The notes under the pieces: generated by a model
Databases searched by the model: none
Told to the model about the DNA's origin: nothing
What the model saw: the letters and a program-made list of their open reading frames with translations, nothing else
Program-made: the position numbers and the translations under genes
Source of the DNA: an uncultured Gammaproteobacteria bacterium
GTDB lineage: Bacteria; Pseudomonadota; Gammaproteobacteria; UBA9214
Direction: 5' to 3'
Assembly: GCA_963773065.1 (NCBI GenBank)
Contig: CAVYZN010000011.1
Span: 288,001-352,000 of the forward strand
Length of the DNA stretch: 64,000 nucleotides
Part shown: positions 1 through 11,737 of the stretch, in pieces
Position numbering within the stretch: position 1 is the stretch's first letter
Layout of the letters: every line of letters starts with the position of its first letter

Positions 1-2
1 TG

Positions 3-1295
3 CGCGTCGTCGAGTTCAGTGAACAGGATCTGCCGTACATGAAGGTCGATCCGCAGGGTGGCATCTACTACGCCGATACCTTCATCAGCGACCAGGCATC
101 CCGATCCCGGACGGCGAAACCCGATGGCTTGCCATCGGGAACGATGACCGGGAAGGCGCTCTTCAAGCTTCACAGCCGCCCTGGCGCCTCACACACCATC
201 TATGTTGACTTTGACGGCGGCGTCGTCAGCGGGACGGCGTGGAACACCTACCGTGGGGTCCAGGCATGGAAGGCAATGCCGTACGACACCGACGGGAAGA
301 AAGATTCCTTCAGCAGCGGTGAAATCAACGACATGACGGAGATCTGGCAGCAGGTTGCCGAGGATTATCTGCCATTTGACGTTGACGTGACCACCGAAGA
401 TCCCGGCAAACTCGGGCCGAAAACCGGCTGGATTCTCGTCACCAACAGCACTGACGGCAGCGCGAAGCCGCTGCCGGAACCGGGCGCCGGAGGTGTGGCC
501 TATCTCAACACCTTCGGTTACAGCCAAACCGCATATTATTCGCCGGTCTTCGTCTACTACAACAACCTGAACTCTCCCGCGGCGGTGGGCGATGTTGTCT
601 CCCACGAGATGGCGCACACGGTGGGTCTGACGCATGATGGAACAACGGATACCGGGAAAACCGGGAGCCACGACGGCAGCATTGTTTCATGGTCGCCGAT
701 CATGAGCCTCGACCACTCCGGTCATATTACCCAATGGAGCCGTGGCGATTACCGGGGTGCGACCAATACCCAGGATGACATCGGCATCCTCACCGGCTCG
801 CTGGGTCTGCGGGGGGATGACCATGAGGACAGCCGATTCGCAAAAGCGACACCGCTACTCATCGATGCACGCGGGCGGATCGACGGTAACGATGTCGATA
901 TCGATGTAAACCACTCACGCACTGGGAACCGGGGTGTTATCGAGAATCGTGACGATATTGACGCCTTTTTCTTCAATGCGGGGGCGGGGGAGGTGGATAT
1001 CAAGGTAACGCCGGCATGGGAGGCATATCACCAGAGTCCCCACCTGGGCGCCAATCTGGACATCCATCTTGTGCTCTATAACGCCGCTGGCAAGAAGATC
1101 GCGGAGAGCGATCCGCGCAACGATACCGCCGCCAACCTCAAGGTCAAGATTCCCGCCGGGCGTTACAGCCTCGAGGTCGAAGGGGTGGGCAATACCGCTA
1201 TTCCCTATTCAGATTACGGCAGCCTCGGCCAGTATTACATCGCCGGTTCGGTTCCCCCGCGAGGGAATCAGGCGGTTGTAGGGCTGACAAAGTAA
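3..1295 (+). CDS. Zinc metalloprotease (reprolysin/M12B-like) with C-terminal PPC-type domain, 5' end outside window
   Basis: HEMAHTVGLTH zinc motif, SPIM Met-turn, C-terminal DIDAFFF...GSLGQYYI; frame is open from base 3. Confidence 0.8.
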   Translation, partial: RVVEFSEQDLPYMKVDPQGGIYYADTFISDQASRSRTAKPDGLPSGTMTGKALFKLHSRPGASHTIYVDFDGGVVSGTAWNTYRGVQAWKAMPYDTDGKKDSFSSGEINDMTEIWQQVAEDYLPFDVDVTTEDPGKLGPKTGWILVTNSTDGSAKPLPEPGAGGVAYLNTFGYSQTAYYSPVFVYYNNLNSPAAVGDVVSHEMAHTVGLTHDGTTDTGKTGSHDGSIVSWSPIMSLDHSGHITQWSRGDYRGATNTQDDIGILTGSLGLRGDDHEDSRFAKATPLLIDARGRIDGNDVDIDVNHSRTGNRGVIENRDDIDAFFFNAGAGEVDIKVTPAWEAYHQSPHLGANLDIHLVLYNAAGKKIAESDPRNDTAANLKVKIPAGRYSLEVEGVGNTAIPYSDYGSLGQYYIAGSVPPRGNQAVVGLTK

Positions 1296-1387
1296 TCTTT
1301 AACGGTTGTTCACTGAACCCATCCGAAAGGGGTGAAAGGTACACCGGAAGCGTATCAGGGTACCTTTACCCCGATTCAAATGAAATG

Positions 1388-2646
1388 CTAAATGCGCAGG
1401 TAAAGCGCATACACCAGCAGGTTGATGCAGGTGACCGGGATACCGACCCGCGCGAACTCCACAAAACCGAGGGTCTCGCCGTGGCGTTCCGCGCGCTGGA
1501 TGATAATGACATTGCTTGCCGCGCCGAGGATCAGCAGATTGCCGGCGATGGTGCTGCCTGCCGCCAGCGCGAGCAGTGCAGGTGGTTCCCGCCTGCAGGC
1601 TTCTGAAGATATGGCAGATAGAGCGCCACGAGCGGCACATTCGAGATGAATTGGCTGACCAGGACGCTCACGCCGAGCACCCAGGACAGCCCAGCAAGCT
1701 GTCGGTGCCCAGCCGGTGCTTAGCTGTTGGAACACATCCTGTCTGCCACACGCTGGCCATCAGCACGAACATCGCGGCGAAAAACACCAGTGTGCTCCAG
1801 TCGAGGGACCGCAGCGACGTGTCCCCGCCGGGGACTAAACAGCAGGACCGGCAGGGCACCGGCCAGGGCTACGGCGCTTAGCGGCACATCAAAATCCGGT
1901 TTGAGAACGACAATGACCGACTCGTAGGGTAATGGCGGCGACCACGACAGCGACTCCCGTCCAGGCGAGACGGGCGAGCGCTGGCGTCCCGGAGGGTGAC
2001 CACGGGATGCACGAGCGGGGTACGGTGAAAGGCAGCCCGATAGCGCCAGCGCAGCACGCCGTAGGTGAGCAGCAGATTGAGGAGGGTGGGCACGGCCAGT
2101 GCCCCGGCAAACGTCAGAAAGGGCGAAGGCACCGGTCCGCGTATCGCGATGAGCAGGTTCTGCGGGTTGCCGATCGGGCTGGCCACGCTGCCGATGGTGA
2201 TGCCGAACGCCAGCGTCAGCAGCAGCAGACGTGCGTCGATCCGGTGTTCGCGGGCGAGCTGCAGCGCCAGGGCCGTGCCGATCACCGCGAGGGTGTCGTT
2301 CATGAGCAGGGCCGAGGCGAGGCCGCTGCCGTAACAGCAGGGCGAGTACCAGCGCATCGGTCGAGCGAATCCGGTCGAGCATGGCATAGGCCACGGCATA
2401 GAGGGCGCCGCTTTCCACCAGCGCCTCGCCCAGCACGAACATCCCGAACAGGAACACCATCACGTCCGGCTCGATGGCGCGCAGCGCATCAGCGGGCGTG
2501 ATGGCGCCGGTGAGCAGCACCAGCAGGGCGCCGCCGGTCATGGCCTGCCAGATCCTGACGGGAAAGCGCCCGATCTTGCGCGCGGCGATGACAACCAGCA
2601 CGGCGGCCAGTGCAAGCAAGGGGATATAGGCGCTGACGGCTGCCAT
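1388..2646 (-). CDS. ArsB/NhaD/SLC13-type anion permease (frameshifted pieces)
   Basis: Hydrophobic segments with ASALLMNDT, SPIGNPQNLLIA and STIAGNLLILGAASNVII motifs across ORFs 1720..2646, 1878..2399, 1668..1859, 1388..1735. Confidence 0.8.
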
Positions 2647-2874
2647 AGGTCAGGGTGGTCGGGTCTAGGAGACGGTAATGTGCGGTCAGAATGTCATGAG
2701 CCGGCGGAAGTAGAGCATTATCGGCGCGTGTTGTCACCGGCTGTGGTGAACAACAGGGGCTGTCGCCCCGCACACCCCAGGGGTTACGCGTTTCCGGTTG
2801 CCGCGGCGTGCTGTTCCGGTAACATGGTGAATTCCCGCAAACCCAGCCGCCATCACGCGACCGACATCAGACTC

Positions 2875-5800
2875 ATGCCGAAGGAAATCCTGCGCATCCG
2901 CGGCGCCCGTCAGAACAACCTGAAAAACCTCGACCTGGACCTGCCGCTCAACGAACTGATCGTGGTGACCGGGGTGAGCGGTTCGGGCAAGTCCTCGCTC
3001 GCCTTCGACACCGTCTACGCCGAGGGTCAGCGCCGTTACGTCGAGACCTTCTCGCCCTATGCGCGCCAGTTCCTCGACCGCATGGACAAGCCCGGGGTGG
3101 ATCGCATCGAGGGCATTCCGCCGGCCATTGCCATCGACCAGACCAACCCGGTGCGCACCTCGCGCTCGACGGTCGGCACCATGACCGAGCTCAACGATCA
3201 CCTCAAGCTGCTGTTCGCGCGCGCCACGCGGCTCTATTGCCGCGGCTGCGGCCAGCCGGTGCGCCGCGACAGCCCGGACAGCATCGTCGCGGCGCTGCTG
3301 GCGAGTGTCGGCAAGGACGGCCCGCGCGCCTTGATCACCTTTGCCATCGAGGTGCCGGAGAATTTCACCCCGGCCGAGGTCGAACAGCAATTGGCCCAGC
3401 AGGGTTACACGCGTCTTCACGCGCGCGCGGGCCGGCGCCTGGAGGTGATACAGGACCGGGTGCGCCTCACCGCGGCGCACCGCGCGCGCCTGGTCGAAGC
3501 GCTGGAGACGGCACTCCGGCACGGTCGCGGCCGGTTGAGCGTGCATGCCCTGGATGAAGCGGGCAACACCGGCGCGACCTGGCGGTTCTCCCGCGAGCTG
3601 CACTGCGCCGATTGCGACATCCACTACCAGGAGCCGACGCCAAACCATTTTTCCTTCAACTCTCCCATCGGCGCCTGCGAGACCTGCCGCGGTTTCGGCC
3701 GCACCCTGGGAATCGACTACGACCTGGTGATCCCGGATGGCGCCAGGACGCTGGCCGCCGGCGCCGTGAAACCCTGGCAGAGCGAGTCCTATCTGGAATG
3801 CCAGGGCGACCTGATGCGCTTTGCCAGGAAGCGCGGCATTCCCGTGGACGTGCCCTGGGAAAAACTCACCCGGGCGCAGCAGCGCTGGGTGCTGGACGGC
3901 GAGGGTGATTGGGATGACGGCGTCTGGTACGGCGCGCGGCGCTTCTTCGACTGGCTCGAGACCAAGAGCTACAAGATGCACATCCGCGTACTGCTCTCCC
4001 GCTACCGCGCGTACAACGTATGCCGGACCTGCGCGGGCGCGCGCCTCAAGCCCGAGGCCCTGCTGTGGCGGCTGGGGAGCCGCGAGAACGCCGATGACGT
4101 GTTGCCACCCGGGGAACGTTTTAAGCCTTGCGGCACCACGCTGACGGACAAGGCATGGCGCGGCCTGCCGGGCCTGACCATACACGATGTCATGCGGCTG
4201 CCGCTGGAACGCTGTGCGCGGTTTCTCGCCGGTCTCGATCTGCCCGGGCCGCTGGATGAGGCCACCGAACTGCTGCTGGGTGAAATCCACGCGCGCCTGC
4301 GTTACCTGGTCGAGGTCGGCCTCGGCTATCTCACCCTCGATCGCCAGTCGCGCACCCTGAGCGGCGGCGAGGTGCAGCGCATCAACCTGACCACGGCGCT
4401 CGGCACCTCGCTGGTCAATACCCTGTTCGTGCTGGACGAACCGAGCATCGGCCTGCACCCGCGCGACATGCACCGCGTGATCGGCGTACTGCACCGCCTG
4501 CGCGATGCCGGCAACACCCTGCTGGTGGTCGAGCACGACCCGCAGATCATGCTGGCCGCCGACCGCATCCTCGACCTGGGGCCGGGACCGGGCGAGCGCG
4601 GCGGGCGGCAGGTGTTTTTCGGCACACCGAAACAGCTGCTGCGCGCGCAGCATTCGCTCACCGCGCAATACCTGCGCGGTGAAAAGACCGTAACCGGTGA
4701 TACGGAGACGGTCCCCTTTGTTCCCGGAAAAAAGGGGACCGTCCCCTTCCTGGAGATCCGTGGCGCCGCAGCGCACAACCTGAAATCGATCAATGTCGCG
4801 CTGCCGCTGAATCGCCTGGTGTGTCTCACCGGGGTGAGCGGTTCCGGCAAGTCGACCTTGGTGCAGGACGTGCTTTACAACGCCATCGCCAAGCTCAAGG
4901 GCACGCCGGTCGATCCGCCGGGCGCATACCGCGCCATTTACGGTCATGAGCATATCGCCTCGGCGGTGCTGGTCGACCAGTCGCCGATCGGCAAAACAAC
5001 CCGTTCCAACCCGGTCAGTTACGTCGGCGCCTGGAGCGCCATCCGCGAACGTTTCGCCGCCGAACCCGAGGCGAAGGCGCGCGGTTACCGGCCTGGCACC
5101 TTCAGCTTCAACTCCGGCACCGGACGCTGTCCGACCTGCGGCGGCAATGGCTTCGAACACGTGGAAATGCAATTCCTGAGCGACGTCTACCTGCGCTGCC
5201 CGGCCTGCGACGGCCGGCGCTACCGGCCCGAGGTGCTGGAAATCAAATTGCGTGGCAAATCGGTCGCCGACATCCTGGCCCTGACCGTCAGCGAAGCGCT
5301 GGCCTTCTTCCATGACCAGCCCGTCGTGCTCCGGGCGCTGGAACCGCTGGCCGCGGTGGGACTGGATTATCTGACGCTCGGCCAGCCGGTGCCGACCTTG
5401 AGCGGGGGCGAGGCGCAGCGTCTCAAACTCGCCGGCCATCTCGCCCGGGCCAGGGAAAAGAGGACCTTGTTCCTGTTCGACGAGCCAACCACGGGGCTGC
5501 ACTTCGATGACATCCGCACGCTGCTGCAGGCGTTCCGGCGGCTGCTCGATGACGGGCATTCCCTGCTCGTCATCGAACACAACCTGGACGTGATCCTGGC
5601 GGCCGACTGGGTCATCGACCTGGGGCCGGAAGGCGGCGAGGCCGGTGGCGCGGTCGTGTGCGCCGGCACACCGGCGGAAATAGCCGACCATGAAACCAGC
5701 CATACCGGCGCGGCGTTGCGGGAGTACCGGAAAATAGGGGTCAGACCCCTTTTTCCGTTGGTGTCTGGAAATAAGGTAAAGGTAAGTCGTAGAAAAAAAG

Positions 5801-8458
5801 GGTCTGACCCCTATTTTCGACGGGCGAACACCATCGAGATTCTGCACGCGCGCGAACATAACCTGAAAAACGTCACCGTCGACATCCCGCGCGGGCGGTT
5901 CACCGTCATCACCGGCGTGTCCGGCTCCGGCAAGAGCACGGTGGCGTTCGACATCCTGTTCAACGAAGGGCAGCGGCGCTACCTGGAGTCGCTCAACGCC
6001 TACGCGCGCCAGTTCGTGCAGCCGGCCGCGCGCGCCGACGTCGATGCCATCTACGGCATCCCTCCTACCGTGGCGATCGAGCAGCGCACCAGCCGCGGCG
6101 GGCGCAAGAGCACGGTCGCCACGCTCACCGAGGTGTATCACTTCCTGCGTCTGCTGTTCGTCAAGCTCGGCACCCAGTACTGCCCGGACTGCGACCTGCC
6201 GGTCGAGCCGCAGACCGCGGAGTCCCTGCTCGCGCAGCTCTGCAAGACACACCGCAACTGTGACATCACCCTGCTCGCGCCGCTGGTCGCGGCGCGCAAG
6301 GGCTATTACACCGACCTCGCCCGCTGGGCCGCGAGCAAGGGCTTTGACCGGCTGCGCGTCGACGGCGAGCTGCGACCGACCGAACCCTGGCCGCGGCTGG
6401 AGCGCTACCGGGAACACGACATCGAGCTGCCGGTCGGCTCCCTCCGGGTCAGCACCCGCAACGAAGCCGGACTGCGCGCGCTGCTGCTGCGTGCGCTGGA
6501 ATTCGGCAAGGGCGTGGTCATGGTGCAGGCGCCCGCGGGAGAGACCGTCTTTTCCACCCGCCGCGCCTGCCCGGGCTGCGGGCGCAGTTTCGAGGCGCTC
6601 GATCCGCGCCTGTTCTCCTACAACTCCCGGCACGGCTGGTGTGAAGACTGCTACGGCACCGGCCTCAGGCTGGAGGGTTTCGACGCGGAGCAGACCGGCG
6701 AGGAGATCTGGTGGACCGACTGGTGGGAGGGCGAGGCTCCTGCGTGCCCGGGCTGCGCGGGACGGCGACTAAACCCGGTGGCGCTGGCGGTGCGCTACCG
6801 GGACAGGTCCATTGCCGATTTCACCGGGCAGACGGTGGCCGCGGCCGGGGAGTTTTTCGAGAAACTGCGGCTCACCGGACGCGAGGCCGACATCGCGCGC
6901 GACATCCTGCCGGAATTGCGCTCACGCCTGCACTTTCTCGCCGACGTGGGCCTGTCTTACCTCACGCTGGACCGCGCCGCGCCCACGTTGAGCGGCGGCG
7001 AGGCGCAGCGCATCCGGCTGGCGGCGCAATTCGGTTCCAACCTGCGCGGCGTGTGTTACATCCTGGATGAGCCCACCATCGGCTTGCACCCGCGCGACAA
7101 CCGCCTGCTGCTCGACACGCTCGGCAGGCTGGAAGGCAAGGGCAACACCATCGTGGTGGTGGAACACGACGAGGACACCATCCGCCGAGCCGAACATATC
7201 ATCGACCTAGGACCGGGCGCGGGGGTGAACGGCGGCGAGGTGGTGGCGGCCGGATCGGTCGCGCGCCTGATGAAGGAGCCGCGGTCACTGACCGGCCGCT
7301 TCCTGGCGCGGCCGCTGCGCCACCCCCTGTTCGCCCGGCGGGCGGTGAAGCTCAGGGGCCGCGGCGCGGACCCCTCTATCGAAGTGCAGGGCGCACGCCT
7401 GCACAACCTGAAGAAACCTGTCGGTGCGCTTCCCACTCGGGCGACTGGTGTGCGTCACCGGCGTCTCCGGCTCCGGCAAGAGCACCCTGGTGCGCGAGGT
7501 TCTGCACGAGAATCTGCGGCGCAGTCTGCAAGCTACGGGCAAACGCGGCAAACCAGCGCCCGCGGCGCTCGGCTGCCGCGCGCTCACCGGACAGGAATAC
7601 CTGCAGCGCGTGCTGGAAGTGGACCAGGCGCCGATCGGCAAGACGCCGCGTTCCTGCCCGGCCACTTACGTCGGCATCTGGGACGCCATCCGCCGGCTGT
7701 TCGCCGGCGTCACCGAATCCCGCATCCGCAGCTACGGGCCCGGGCGCTTTTCCTTTAACGTCAGGGGCGGACGCTGCGAGGTCTGCGAAGGGCAGGGCAT
7801 CCGCAAGATCGAGATGAGCTTCCTGCCCGATGTCAGAATAACCTGCGAGGCCTGCAACGGGGCGCGTTTCAATGCCGAGACCCTGACGGTGTTGTACAAG
7901 GAGCGCAGTGTTGGCGAGGTTCTGGCGATGAACGTGCGCGAGGCGGCGGGATTTTTCCGCGCGCATTCCACGATCCACCGCACCCTGCAACTGCTGGACG
8001 ATGTCGGTCTCGGCTACCTCACCCTCGGGCAACCGAGTCCGACGCTGAGCGGCGGCGAGGCGCAACGCATCAAGCTGGTCACCGAACTGTCCAAGGCCAG
8101 AACCGCTGGCCGAGGGACAGTAAAGCCACCGGGGACAGATATAGCGCAAGCGAGCCCTGTCCCCGTTTACCGCGGCACTCTGTACGTGCTCGACGAGCCG
8201 ACGGTCGGATTGCACATGGCGGATGTGGAGAAACTCATCCGCGTGCTGCACCGCCTGGTCGAGGCCGGCAATACCGTGGTGGTCATCGAACACAACCTGG
8301 ATGTCATCGCCGAAGCCGACTGGCTCATCGACCTTGGCCCCGAGGGTGGCGAAGGCGGCGGGCGCATCGTGGCGCAGGGCACGCCGGAGAGATGCGCTGT
8401 GGAACCAGGCTCGCACACCGCGCGCTTCCTGCGCGAATTCCTGCGCGAACGATGCTGA
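2875..8458 (+). CDS. uvrA: Double-length excinuclease ABC subunit A (four ABC modules); one frameshift near 7420
   Basis: Four TGVSGSGKS Walker A motifs, four LSGGE signatures, DEP Walker B motifs, CxxC zinc fingers; joins ORFs 2680..7758 and 7424..8458. Confidence 0.93.
4704..4746. repeat. REP-like palindrome inside uvrA, in frame
   Basis: GGAGACGGTCCCCTTT / AAAGGGGACCGTCCCC inverted arms (15/16); resembles intergenic 41954-42040. Confidence 0.75.
5730..5818. repeat. REP-like palindrome inside uvrA at the junction of the two halves, in frame
   Basis: Perfect 19-bp inverted repeat GAAAATAGGGGTCAGACCC with an AT-rich spacer in a GC-rich gene. Confidence 0.85.
8131..8164. repeat. Short GGGGACAG/CTGTCCCC palindrome inside uvrA, in frame
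   Basis: 8-bp inverted arms in an extra segment between the ABC signature and Walker B. Confidence 0.55.
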
Positions 8459-8651
8459 GGGCGATTCGCTGAACTACAGCGCCGGCGGCCTGCCGCCGGG
8501 GCTCAACATCGACGTGGGCACCGGGGTGATCGGCGGCACCGTGGCGGATGTGGCGCCGCTGCAGAACGGCATACCGGCTCCCGACGGGCAGTTCAACCTG
8601 GGGGATGTGCTGGTGATCGAACGCAAGCTTCTTGGTCTGATCACTTTCTAG
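8452..8651 (+). pseudogene. 3' remnant of a surface protein (putative Ig repeat plus dockerin-like tail)
   Basis: [30 protein letters not shown] and PDGQFNLGDVLVIERKLLG; no start codon, overlaps the uvrA stop. Confidence 0.5.
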
Positions 8652-8878
8652 CAAGGGATCCAGCTCGAATGGCGCTGATTCACGGAGCCGCAGATTGATT
8701 GTCCCCGCTCATCTCGACATTTTCATACCATAACAGAATTTTCCGCAAAGCATAAGCTAGTCATTTTTGATGCGTTGCCTATACTGGGTTGAACTATGTG
8801 TTGACTTGCTGTATCCGGATTACACAGTTGGTACGTGAATCGCGGAATTTCTGAAGGGTAAACGGCAAAGGTGGTGGC

Positions 8879-9514
8879 GTGATGATTGCACAGCGCACTG
8901 GCGGTTCCCTGATTACCCAGGCTTCACTGCGGGAATATTTTCACAACGAACTCAATGAGGCATTGAATCATCAGAAAATCCGCGCGGAAAGCGAAACGGT
9001 TTTCTATCTCACCAACCTGCTGACGATGTACGCGCGCAGCGATGAACTGTTCGAGCAGACCGACTACGGGGTGGATATCAAACCCCTGGCCGTGACCTAT
9101 TCCGAGGCGCTGAGCGAGACCAGCGTCACGGTGCGCACCCGGTTGTTGCAGCGGCTGGGCGATACGGCGCTGTTCATCGCGGGTGTCTTCACCGACAGCC
9201 TGAATCGCAAACTCGTCGATGTCGATTATTACGTCGCCATGGGAGGCACCGCCTATGCCCAGGTTTCCGATTCCATGCGCGGCCACCGGGCGGTGAAAAC
9301 CATAGCGGCCCTGTTCAATGAGCTGCGCGAAAAATTCATCGATTTTGTCGACGTGTTGAATGAGGTCAGCGAGCGTTCCAACCTCTCCAGCGACAAGGAT
9401 GTCCTGCGCCTCTACGAAATCTGGATACGTACCGGCAGCAAACGCAGCGAGGCCCAACTGCGCAAGCTCGGCATCGAGCCGGTGCATTCGGGCAAGGCCG
9501 AATTCCGCCACTAG
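8879..9514 (+). CDS. Hypothetical protein
   Basis: Intact 211 aa ORF after an AT-rich intergenic region; LGDTALFIAGVF, DYYVAMGGTAY. Confidence 0.75.
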   Translation: MMIAQRTGGSLITQASLREYFHNELNEALNHQKIRAESETVFYLTNLLTMYARSDELFEQTDYGVDIKPLAVTYSEALSETSVTVRTRLLQRLGDTALFIAGVFTDSLNRKLVDVDYYVAMGGTAYAQVSDSMRGHRAVKTIAALFNELREKFIDFVDVLNEVSERSNLSSDKDVLRLYEIWIRTGSKRSEAQLRKLGIEPVHSGKAEFRH

Positions 9515-9694
9515 CAGCCTGTCGGACATAGGTGATCGTCACGAGCATGATGGGAGAGCGAGAACAGAGATCCACGATTTCGAGGCGCATAGTGGTTCTA
9601 TGCAACGAGAAATCGGGGAACTATGGGCCGCGCTCCCATCAGCGCAGTAGATCAATCCTAAGTCCGACAGGCTGCTAGACGGGATGGGGCGCGC

Positions 9695-10354
9695 ATGCTT
9701 CTGAACAAGCTGCAGCGGCATCTGGAAAGCATCTACGAGGTCCGCAGCGGCTACCAGGTTACCGATTTCGTGATCAATGATCCCCGGGTCGCCCATGACC
9801 TTGATGTCTCGGCAAGCGCCCGTGAGCTGCCGGAAAAACTGCTGATACAACAACAGGACGACGCAGCCGTCAGCCTTGCCCTCTACCTCGATCCCTGCCT
9901 TATGCAGCGTCTGGAAGCAAGCGACCCCACCGAATCGCTGCACGACGACAACCTGCATGACTTCTGGCTGGTGCTGGAAGGCATCAGTCACTTTCTGTAT
10001 TTCACCTGGAATGCCGGTCACGAACGCCGCGTATCCTTGCTGGAGATGGAACTGCAGGCGGAAGTCGACAAGTACATCCTGGCCGCGTTTCTATTCGGCA
10101 GGCAGTTGCAGGGCGCGGTTCCTGCCAGGCTCCATCGTCACCTGTTCCACAACGTGGAATTCGACACGCGGCTGAATGCGGCGGAACTTCACCGCTACCG
10201 CAACGCCAACCATTTTGCCGCCAGGTTTTGTCTCTACATCGAGCAGGTGTTCCTGCGGCATCGTTCGCACGACGGCCTGATCAATACCCTGCGGCGTTTC
10301 TATCGCTTGACGCAACACCACAAGATAAGCACCATCAATCACCTTGGGAAATAA
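9695..10354 (+). CDS. Hypothetical protein with a possible zincin-like motif
   Basis: Intact 219 aa ORF; LEGISHF followed by ELQAEVDKY. Confidence 0.75.
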   Translation: MLLNKLQRHLESIYEVRSGYQVTDFVINDPRVAHDLDVSASARELPEKLLIQQQDDAAVSLALYLDPCLMQRLEASDPTESLHDDNLHDFWLVLEGISHFLYFTWNAGHERRVSLLEMELQAEVDKYILAAFLFGRQLQGAVPARLHRHLFHNVEFDTRLNAAELHRYRNANHFAARFCLYIEQVFLRHRSHDGLINTLRRFYRLTQHHKISTINHLGK

Positions 10355-10587
10355 CGAGGTGGTCAATTCCCTTTTTGTGCACTGCGTCACGCATGGCCTG
10401 GCCTATCCTTGCCCTCGGTTGCCAGTCATGCGTGATAGACGGTTCCGAAGTCACCCACACTCCGGGAAAGGATTGAAGTCGCTTATAAAGCCAATAGAAG
10501 CAACGCCGATATCTTGCTGGCGTCTTGTCACCCTTTCTCGGGCCGGAGCGTTAGCTATATTCGTAACCCATCAACCAGGAGGCAGTT

Positions 10588-11166
10588 ATGAACACGCATA
10601 GTAAAACCTCATCCATCTTGGCGTCGGTCATTGCCATGATCCTCGCGGTGCCGGGCGGCGCTTGGGCCGATGAGGGACGCTATGACAATGGCGGGCAGGG
10701 CAACGGCTACCAAAAGAAGGGGCATTACAACACACCCATTACAACAGCCATTACAATAATTATTACAATGGTTATTACAAGGGTGGCCGGTACAATTATC
10801 CACACTATTATCCCCATTATTATCCGTGCAACACGTGCGGCGGGAATAATAACCATCACAACAACAATAATAACGACAACGACAAACTGTGGATCGGCCT
10901 GCTGGGCGGTGGCATCGTCGGTTATGCCCTCGGCAATTACCAGCAGGGCAACGCCAATGAGCAGGGTTACTACCCGCAAGCCCGCTCCACCGCCGCCCCA
11001 GACCGTGACCCAGTATGAGACGGTATACCCGGGCAACACCTGCCTGCAGCAACGGGAATACCGGTCAAAGATCATGGTTGGCGGCAGACAGGTGGATGGC
11101 TATGGCACGGCCTGCCTGCAGCCGGATGGTTCGTGGCGTTACGGTCCGGCTCAGGCGGCCTACTGA
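10588..11166 (+). CDS. Secreted 17-kDa surface-antigen-like protein with Asn/Tyr/His-rich linker (internal frameshifts)
   Basis: Signal peptide; alternate frame gives KLWIGLLGGGIVGYALG; C-terminal REY...YGTACLQPDGSW. Confidence 0.7.
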   Translation: MNTHSKTSSILASVIAMILAVPGGAWADEGRYDNGGQGNGYQKKGHYNTPITTAITIIITMVITRVAGTIIHTIIPIIIRATRAAGIITITTTIITTTTNCGSACWAVASSVMPSAITSRATPMSRVTTRKPAPPPPQTVTQYETVYPGNTCLQQREYRSKIMVGGRQVDGYGTACLQPDGSWRYGPAQAAY

Positions 11167-11299
11167 TGCTGCTGGTAACAGAGTCAGGGATGGCGTCTCC
11201 TCTGCCCCTGCTCTCGTATGCCGCGCTGAGCCCCGACCTACGACGAGCCCCTGTTCTTCGGGCTGAGTTCGCAGGTCGGGCAGGGAAGCGCCGGCGGGG

Positions 11300-11671
11300 T
11301 TAGCGATTCGCCCTGCCGTCAAGCCAGCGCCCGGCGGCAATGCCGGCCGGGAGTGCGGCCAGCGCCAGCAGAGCGGGCACGTAGTAAATCATGCCACTGG
11401 CATAACCATCATACTCGAGGAAGCGCTGCGTCACCGTCAGCCAGACATGGACGGCAAGCACAATGAGTCCGGGGATCAGCAATGCCCAGCCACGCAGCAG
11501 CTCGGTCAGGCAGCCATAGACGTAATAGGGTACGATCCCTGCCAGAAACACGCTGAACATCAGTTTGTGCCCGGCGCCGTAATTGGGGATGACCGCGGAA
11601 ATGGATGCCAGTACGCAGCCGATGGTAATCAGAGCGTAGGCGTAAGGGCGAAAGTCGTAATCCGGTTTCAT
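11300..11671 (-). CDS. Small four-TM membrane protein
   Basis: 123 aa hydrophobic ORF with an RBS-like GAGGA upstream. Confidence 0.7.
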   Translation of the reverse strand: MKPDYDFRPYAYALITIGCVLASISAVIPNYGAGHKLMFSVFLAGIVPYYVYGCLTELLRGWALLIPGLIVLAVHVWLTVTQRFLEYDGYASGMIYYVPALLALAALPAGIAAGRWLDGRANR

Positions 11672-11737
11672 GATCCTCCCTCATGGGCTTCAGTTGTTAC
11701 CCGATGCTGTTTACTTCATGAGACTGCACCGCCCGCA

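Noticed and set aside
2734-6633. 1299 aa minus-strand ORF and other long antisense ORFs
   Set aside because: Shadow frames of high-GC genes such as uvrA, with no recognisable motifs.
10722-10885. AAC/AAT-rich stretch resembling a DGR template repeat, translated as an Ile/Thr-rich segment
   Set aside because: It is an Asn/Tyr/His-rich coding linker read out of frame and does not match the 29780-29836 fragment.
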